Shown piece by piece: positions 35,218 to 39,200 of a stretch of DNA of 39,200 bases. Both the position numbers and the translations under genes were made by a program. The stretch comes from a virus. Taxonomy: Duplodnaviria; Heunggongvirae; Uroviricota; Caudoviricetes. The first letter of the stretch is position 1; each line of letters starts with the position of its first letter. The stretch is taken from IMG/VR virus record IMGVR_UViG_3300015360_001243, positions 113,999 to 153,198 of that record; one strand, written 5' to 3'. The notes beneath the pieces were generated by a model. That model was not told where the DNA came from. It worked only from the letters and a program-made list of their open reading frames with translations, and searched no databases.

Positions 35218-35967
35218 ATGACTACATTTGGTGAAGTATCATATGCTGATGACGTATACGGTGGCGACAGTAACAAGAAGACCACTAACAACAAGGATTT
35301 ATTCCTTCGTTTGAATGAAGGATCTAACGAAGTTAGATTAGTAACCGCGCCCCACCAGTACTTGGTGCACAAGGTTAAGAAAGACCCAAACAATCCAAAG
35401 GATTTCGGGCAAAAGGTAAAGTGCTCTCAGCTTCACGGCTCATGCCCACTTTGCGAAGCTGTAGAAGCTAAGGTAGCTGGTGAAGAAAAAGCTAAGCCAC
35501 GCTGGTTCTACGGAGTAATTGATCGTAAGACTGGAACTTACAAAATTCTAGACATTTCTTACCAAGTCTTTTCTCAAATCAGAAAGCTTGCAAGAAACAC
35601 TCAGCGTTGGGGAGATCCAACCAAGTATGACATCGATATTGTCGTAGACAAGAACGGTGGCGCTGCTGGTTACTACTCTGTTCAACCAATTTCCAAGGAG
35701 CCGCTATCCGCTGCTGACCAGGACATTAAGGACAAGGCCGATCTTGATGACCTCAAGAGACGCTGCACTCCATTGACCGCAGAACAAGTTACGAACATTG
35801 TCAATAAGATCAGAGGAATTGCAACCACGGCAACCGCTGCTGCTACTGGCACTGCTCCAGCAACCAAGACTGCTGCTAAGGCACCTGTTGCCAAGACCCC
35901 AGCCGTCAGCATGACTGATGACGAGGAATTGCCAGAGACCTTTCCAGAGTACGCAGATAACGCCTAA
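35218..35967 (+). CDS. Phage single-stranded DNA-binding protein, gp32-like
   Basis: FLRLNEGSNEVRLV, H...C.QLHGSCPLC zinc ligands, RWFYGVIDR, GDPTKYDIDI, Ala/Thr linker and acidic tail; AGGAG SD. Confidence 0.78.
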   Translation: MTTFGEVSYADDVYGGDSNKKTTNNKDLFLRLNEGSNEVRLVTAPHQYLVHKVKKDPNNPKDFGQKVKCSQLHGSCPLCEAVEAKVAGEEKAKPRWFYGVIDRKTGTYKILDISYQVFSQIRKLARNTQRWGDPTKYDIDIVVDKNGGAAGYYSVQPISKEPLSAADQDIKDKADLDDLKRRCTPLTAEQVTNIVNKIRGIATTATAAATGTAPATKTAAKAPVAKTPAVSMTDDEELPETFPEYADNA

Positions 35968-36046
35968 GGCTTAATTGTGTTGTTATCAAATGGGGTTCAA
36001 GGTAAAACTTGAGCCCTATTCTATTTTTAACGTTATATTATCTAAC

Positions 36047-36601
36047 ATGACTAAAAGAGTGTTAGGGTTTGACGTGTCGAGTACCACCATTGGGTATTCT
36101 GTTCTTGATTATGATGGGACAGATTGTAAATTGTTTGATTCGGGATACCTTAAGCCACTTAAAACTGGTACTATAATTGAACGCATTGTAGATACTCGCA
36201 ATAAGATTCAATATATTATTGGCAAGTATCAGCCTAATGATATTGGAATTGAAGAGATCATTCAATTCATGCAAGGAAAGAGCACCGCTAAAACTATTAT
36301 TATGTTAACCACATTCAATAGAATGATTTGTTTATGTGCTCACGATTATCTTGGAAAGTCTCCTCAGTTATTTAGTGTTATGACTATTCGTCATGGTTTG
36401 AAGTTTGGCAAGGAACTTCCAAAAAAAGAAGATATGCCGGAGCTTGTTTCCAAACATTTAGGAATTACATTCCCCTACGAGACCAATAAAAAGGGAAAAC
36501 TAAAGGTTGAAAATTACGACAGAGCAGATGGAATCGCGGTCGGCCTTTATTATACTCTTTTGTTGATGGGTAAGATTACACGTAAGGGCAAGAAAAAATG
36601 A
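36047..36601 (+). CDS. ruvC: RuvC-like Holliday junction resolvase
   Basis: VLGFDVSSTTIGYSV, IGIEE, YDRADGIAVG acidic catalytic motifs; ATG 36047. Confidence 0.82.
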   Translation: MTKRVLGFDVSSTTIGYSVLDYDGTDCKLFDSGYLKPLKTGTIIERIVDTRNKIQYIIGKYQPNDIGIEEIIQFMQGKSTAKTIIMLTTFNRMICLCAHDYLGKSPQLFSVMTIRHGLKFGKELPKKEDMPELVSKHLGITFPYETNKKGKLKVENYDRADGIAVGLYYTLLLMGKITRKGKKK

Positions 36602-37539
36602 ATCTCAAGGAAGCTTATTCAATCTTAGAAATACCTCAAGGCACGCCTCCGGAGGATGCCAAGAAGAAGTATCGAGAACTTACTAAAAAGTACCACCCTG
36701 ATATCAACAAGGATGCTGGGGCTGAAGATAAGTTCAAAAAGATTAATGAAGCTTACCAAGTTGTCTCTAGTGGAAAGAGTAATGATCGTGCCGAACAACC
36801 TCAATGGCAACAAAACCAAAACCCTTATAATCCTTTTGGTCGCCAGGCGAAGCAAGTTAGTCATATTGAAGCAAGAACTACTGTTTCTTTCAAAGACTCA
36901 GTTCTTGGCTGCAAAAAAGAATTGAAGTTCAATCGTAAGACTAAGTGTAAAGATTGCAATGGAGAAGGCGAGATAGCTAAAAATAACGGATGTGAAAAGT
37001 GCGGTGGTAAAGGACAGGTAGTTACCCGTCAAGGATTTTCCGTTATGATTGAGACTTGTTCTAAATGTTATGGTAGAACTCAAGCAGATGCTTGTAACAC
37101 TTGTAATTCAGAAGGTACATTAGAGGCTGAGGTCACAATTACTGTTTCTATTCCGGGCGGGATTCAAAATGGAAACATTTTACGTCTTGGTGGTATGGGT
37201 AATTTCGCTGGCCACTTTGGACCGATAGAGCAACATAGCGATGTCTATTTGCATTTAAATGTAACACCGGAAAAAGATTTAGAGTTACAAGGAAATGATG
37301 TTGTAACCAAACTATCTATTTCTTTGTTGGAAGCTTTAAAGGGTTGTCATAAACCAGTAAAAACTATCTTAGGGACCAGAGATATACAGATTAAATCTAA
37401 ATCAAAGAATAAAGAAGAAGTCATTATTTCACATTTAGGAGTTAACCGACAAGGTAATCAAAGAGTTATTCTGGATATAGAGTATCCTGAGAACGTTGAT
37501 AATCTAATTAATATTCTATCTGAGGAAGGAAAAGCTTAA
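36598..37539 (+). CDS. dnaJ: DnaJ chaperone (class A architecture)
   Basis: J-domain with YHPD, AEDKFKKINEAYQVV; CKDCNGEG, CEKCGGKG, CSKC, CNTCNSEG repeats; IPGG...GDVY-like C-terminal domain. Confidence 0.93.
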   Translation: MNLKEAYSILEIPQGTPPEDAKKKYRELTKKYHPDINKDAGAEDKFKKINEAYQVVSSGKSNDRAEQPQWQQNQNPYNPFGRQAKQVSHIEARTTVSFKDSVLGCKKELKFNRKTKCKDCNGEGEIAKNNGCEKCGGKGQVVTRQGFSVMIETCSKCYGRTQADACNTCNSEGTLEAEVTITVSIPGGIQNGNILRLGGMGNFAGHFGPIEQHSDVYLHLNVTPEKDLELQGNDVVTKLSISLLEALKGCHKPVKTILGTRDIQIKSKSKNKEEVIISHLGVNRQGNQRVILDIEYPENVDNLINILSEEGKA

Positions 37540-37877
37540 TGGCATTTTCAACTTTTTGCACCACCAAGGGTTGCGGTAAAATTCAAGAACCCTTTTTAGA
37601 TCCCCAAGATAATAAAGTTTATTGCTCTCTGTGCGAGGGTGAAATAACTAATCTTACTCCTTTTGTTAAGAACCAAATGAAGGCTTCGAAGCAATTTAGG
37701 CAAAAGAAAATTAAACCATTTGCCGTCAAATGCATGAAATGTGGCCGAGAAGAGCGACCGAAAGTGGAGAACAACGATATAGTCTGTGGTGTCTGCTCGC
37801 AGCCTATGGACAATCTCAGCCCTATCTTCAAGAACATGTTGAAGGAAAAACTCAAGACGATTGACAAAGAAGTGTAA
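37539..37877 (+). CDS. Hypothetical double zinc-ribbon protein
   Basis: CTTKGC, CSLC, CMKC, CGVC; TAATG coupling. Confidence 0.78.
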   Translation: MAFSTFCTTKGCGKIQEPFLDPQDNKVYCSLCEGEITNLTPFVKNQMKASKQFRQKKIKPFAVKCMKCGREERPKVENNDIVCGVCSQPMDNLSPIFKNMLKEKLKTIDKEV

Positions 37878-37900
37878 GCATACCAGTGAGGAAGTTCGGC

Positions 37901-38671
37901 ATGTTAGACAAGATTGTAGAATCAGCTAGATATCTACTTGATAATTTCCCTGAAGCACGGGAATGTAAGGATTATCTTGATTCTCGTTTGAATCAAGAGA
38001 GTCAGGAGTTGTTTAACTTTGGCTATTTTCCTGGCATTCAGAATCTTAGCGTTCTGACAGACATGGTTGGCGAAGACGTTCTTCGTAAACTCAAGCTACT
38101 TTACACTAAATCTATAGAGGATACTATGGGCCCCCGCAGTTATCCCATTTGTTATTTTGAGCATCACCCTCTAATCATGCCCTACCGTAATCCCTACGGT
38201 GAAGTGGTCGCTTTGGTCGGCAGGTCTCTTCTAAACGATGAGGAGCGCACAGCCCAAGGAATAAAGTCAAAATATAAGAATACGCAAGAAACCTCAGCTT
38301 TTAAGAAAGGTAACCTATTATTTGGTCTTTATGAGAATAAAAAGCATATTTTAGATCAAAATTGTGTTTATATTGTAGAAGGTCAATTTGATGTTATTAA
38401 ATCTGTAGAGATGGGATTTAAAAATATTGTTGCTTTAGGGACGAATTCTATGACTGCATATCAATTTTCAGTCATTAGCAGATACACGGATAACATATTT
38501 CTTTTATTAGATAATGATGTGTCTGGTGAAAAGGGGAGGAAACATATTATAAGTAAGTTTGGCAAACTTGCCAATATTCAAAATTTCTATTTACCAAATC
38601 CCTATAAAGACATAGACGAATACTTTACTAAAACTGGTGAAGAGTCTGTGTCTTTTGTTGTCAGAGCATGA
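37901..38671 (+). CDS. dnaG: DnaG-type primase catalytic core (no zinc-binding domain)
   Basis: YLDSR, FGYFP, LIMPY.N..GEVVALVGR, KYKNT.ET..FKKG..LFGL, VEGQFDV, VALGT, LLDND.SG, KDIDEY. Confidence 0.88.
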   Translation: MLDKIVESARYLLDNFPEARECKDYLDSRLNQESQELFNFGYFPGIQNLSVLTDMVGEDVLRKLKLLYTKSIEDTMGPRSYPICYFEHHPLIMPYRNPYGEVVALVGRSLLNDEERTAQGIKSKYKNTQETSAFKKGNLLFGLYENKKHILDQNCVYIVEGQFDVIKSVEMGFKNIVALGTNSMTAYQFSVISRYTDNIFLLLDNDVSGEKGRKHIISKFGKLANIQNFYLPNPYKDIDEYFTKTGEESVSFVVRA

Positions 38672-38678
38672 TCTGACA

Positions 38679-38686
38679 GATATATT
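38679..38686 (+). promoter_or_regulatory. GATATATT variant motif
   Basis: CAGA-TATAT-TCTG mini inverted repeat in the gap before ATG 38721. Confidence 0.35.
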
Positions 38687-38720
38687 CTGATTCGGTCTCT
38701 AAATCTAGCTGGGAGTTCAT

Positions 38721-39161
38721 ATGGAACGAAGAAAAAATAGGTCAGATAAGTATCAATGGGTTTTGTTAGAAACGGTTTGCTCAAATGACATGTTGGAATC
38801 ATTTTGCAACGAGGATAGTATTTCTGCAAGACTTAACCCTTACGCATACGACGAGGGCTTAATTGAGTTGGAAGAACAGTTAAAAAAAGAATTTTGGAGA
38901 GTAGTTGATACATTATTGACCCCACGACAAAGAGAAGTTATTAGACTATATGCAGATGGCTACACCCAAATGGAAATCGCCAAGATGCTGAATGTCAACC
39001 AAAGCTCGATTACAAAGTCATTAAATGGAAATGTGGACTACAAGAACGGTAAAAAGATTTACGGAGGAGCCAGAAAGAAAATCCGTAAGATTATCGAAAA
39101 TGACGACAAGATCAAAGACATCTTGACTAAAATGAGAGATTTAAGAGAAGAGCGTTGGTAA
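38721..39161 (+). CDS. Sigma70 region-4-like HTH protein
   Basis: LLTPRQREVIRLYADGYTQMEIAKMLNVNQSSITKSL; no region 2 within the 146 aa. Confidence 0.82.
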   Translation: MERRKNRSDKYQWVLLETVCSNDMLESFCNEDSISARLNPYAYDEGLIELEEQLKKEFWRVVDTLLTPRQREVIRLYADGYTQMEIAKMLNVNQSSITKSLNGNVDYKNGKKIYGGARKKIRKIIENDDKIKDILTKMRDLREERW

Positions 39162-39175
39162 TTCGGAAATGACCT

Positions 39176-39183
39176 GATATATA
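39176..39183 (+). promoter_or_regulatory. GATATATA motif
   Basis: CTGATATATAAT (39174-39185) is identical to 12238-12249; followed by GGAGG SD for a gene beyond the window. Confidence 0.55.
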
Positions 39184-39200
39184 ATGTTTCGGAGGTTAGA

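Noticed and set aside
35821-35905. Apparent short repeats (GCAACC, ACTGCT) in the SSB gene and PPGR repeats near 11800
   Set aside because: Explained by Ala/Thr/Pro-rich protein linkers, not DNA-level repeat elements.
37861-37866. TTGACA upstream of dnaG as a sigma70 promoter
   Set aside because: No TAnnnT at 16-18 nt spacing.
656-37867. Many alternative-frame and antisense ORFs in the track (e.g. 656-952, 7223-7633, 28393-28989, 34533-35000)
   Set aside because: They lie wholly within well-supported genes, have no recognisable motifs or RBS, and are expected shadows of codon bias.
1-39200. Interpretation as a bacterial chromosome segment
   Set aside because: topA, rpsU, def, tig, dnaE, recA, dnaJ lack their usual operon neighbours (no clpX after tig/clpP, no fmt, no dnaK) and are mixed with gp32-like SSB, phage-type dNMP kinase and many orphans. 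A phage origin fits better, though no capsid or terminase gene is in the window to prove it.
1-39200. Stop-codon reassignment (only 1 of about 53 called genes ends in TAG)
   Set aside because: All recognisable genes are full length under code 11 with no in-frame TAG or TGA breaks; TAG is normally the rarest stop.
1-39200. tRNA, rRNA or CRISPR array
   Set aside because: Intergenic gaps are all under about 150 nt and none shows a cloverleaf with T-loop motif or a repeat-spacer pattern. The Cas4-like nuclease has no cas or array context.

Overview
A gene-dense, AT-rich window of about 53 CDS, all but two on the + strand, in standard genetic code. It reads as the replication and host-takeover region of a very large (jumbo or huge) tailed phage rather than a cellular chromosome. 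This is inference from content: bacterial-type housekeeping genes lie singly among many short hypotheticals, alongside phage-type genes (gp32-like SSB, dNMP kinase, SbcCD pair, UvsY-like gene beside recA). Recognisable genes: dksA, two clpP paralogues, DUF192, FtsK-like ATPase, topA, AAA ATPase, rpsU (bS21), MT-A70 methyltransferase, HNH nuclease, def, thioredoxin-fold protein, CHC2 zinc-finger protein, sbcD, sbcC, dNMP kinase, RecB/Cas4-like nuclease, tig, M41-like peptidase, dnaE, recA, SSB, ruvC, dnaJ, dnaG core and a sigma region-4 protein. No tRNA, rRNA, CRISPR array or intact mobile element was seen. Best leads: (1) a tandem ClpP pair in which the first copy has lost all three catalytic residues (ClpR-like); (2) a dispersed nascent-chain and proteostasis kit (bS21, deformylase-SEC-C, trigger factor, DnaJ, proteases); (3) a recurring intergenic GATATATA motif plus a sigma-like protein with a zinc-binding insert; (4) primase, and possibly sigma, split across distant genes; (5) a structured dnaE leader. 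All family calls come from reading motifs by eye; no database search was run.
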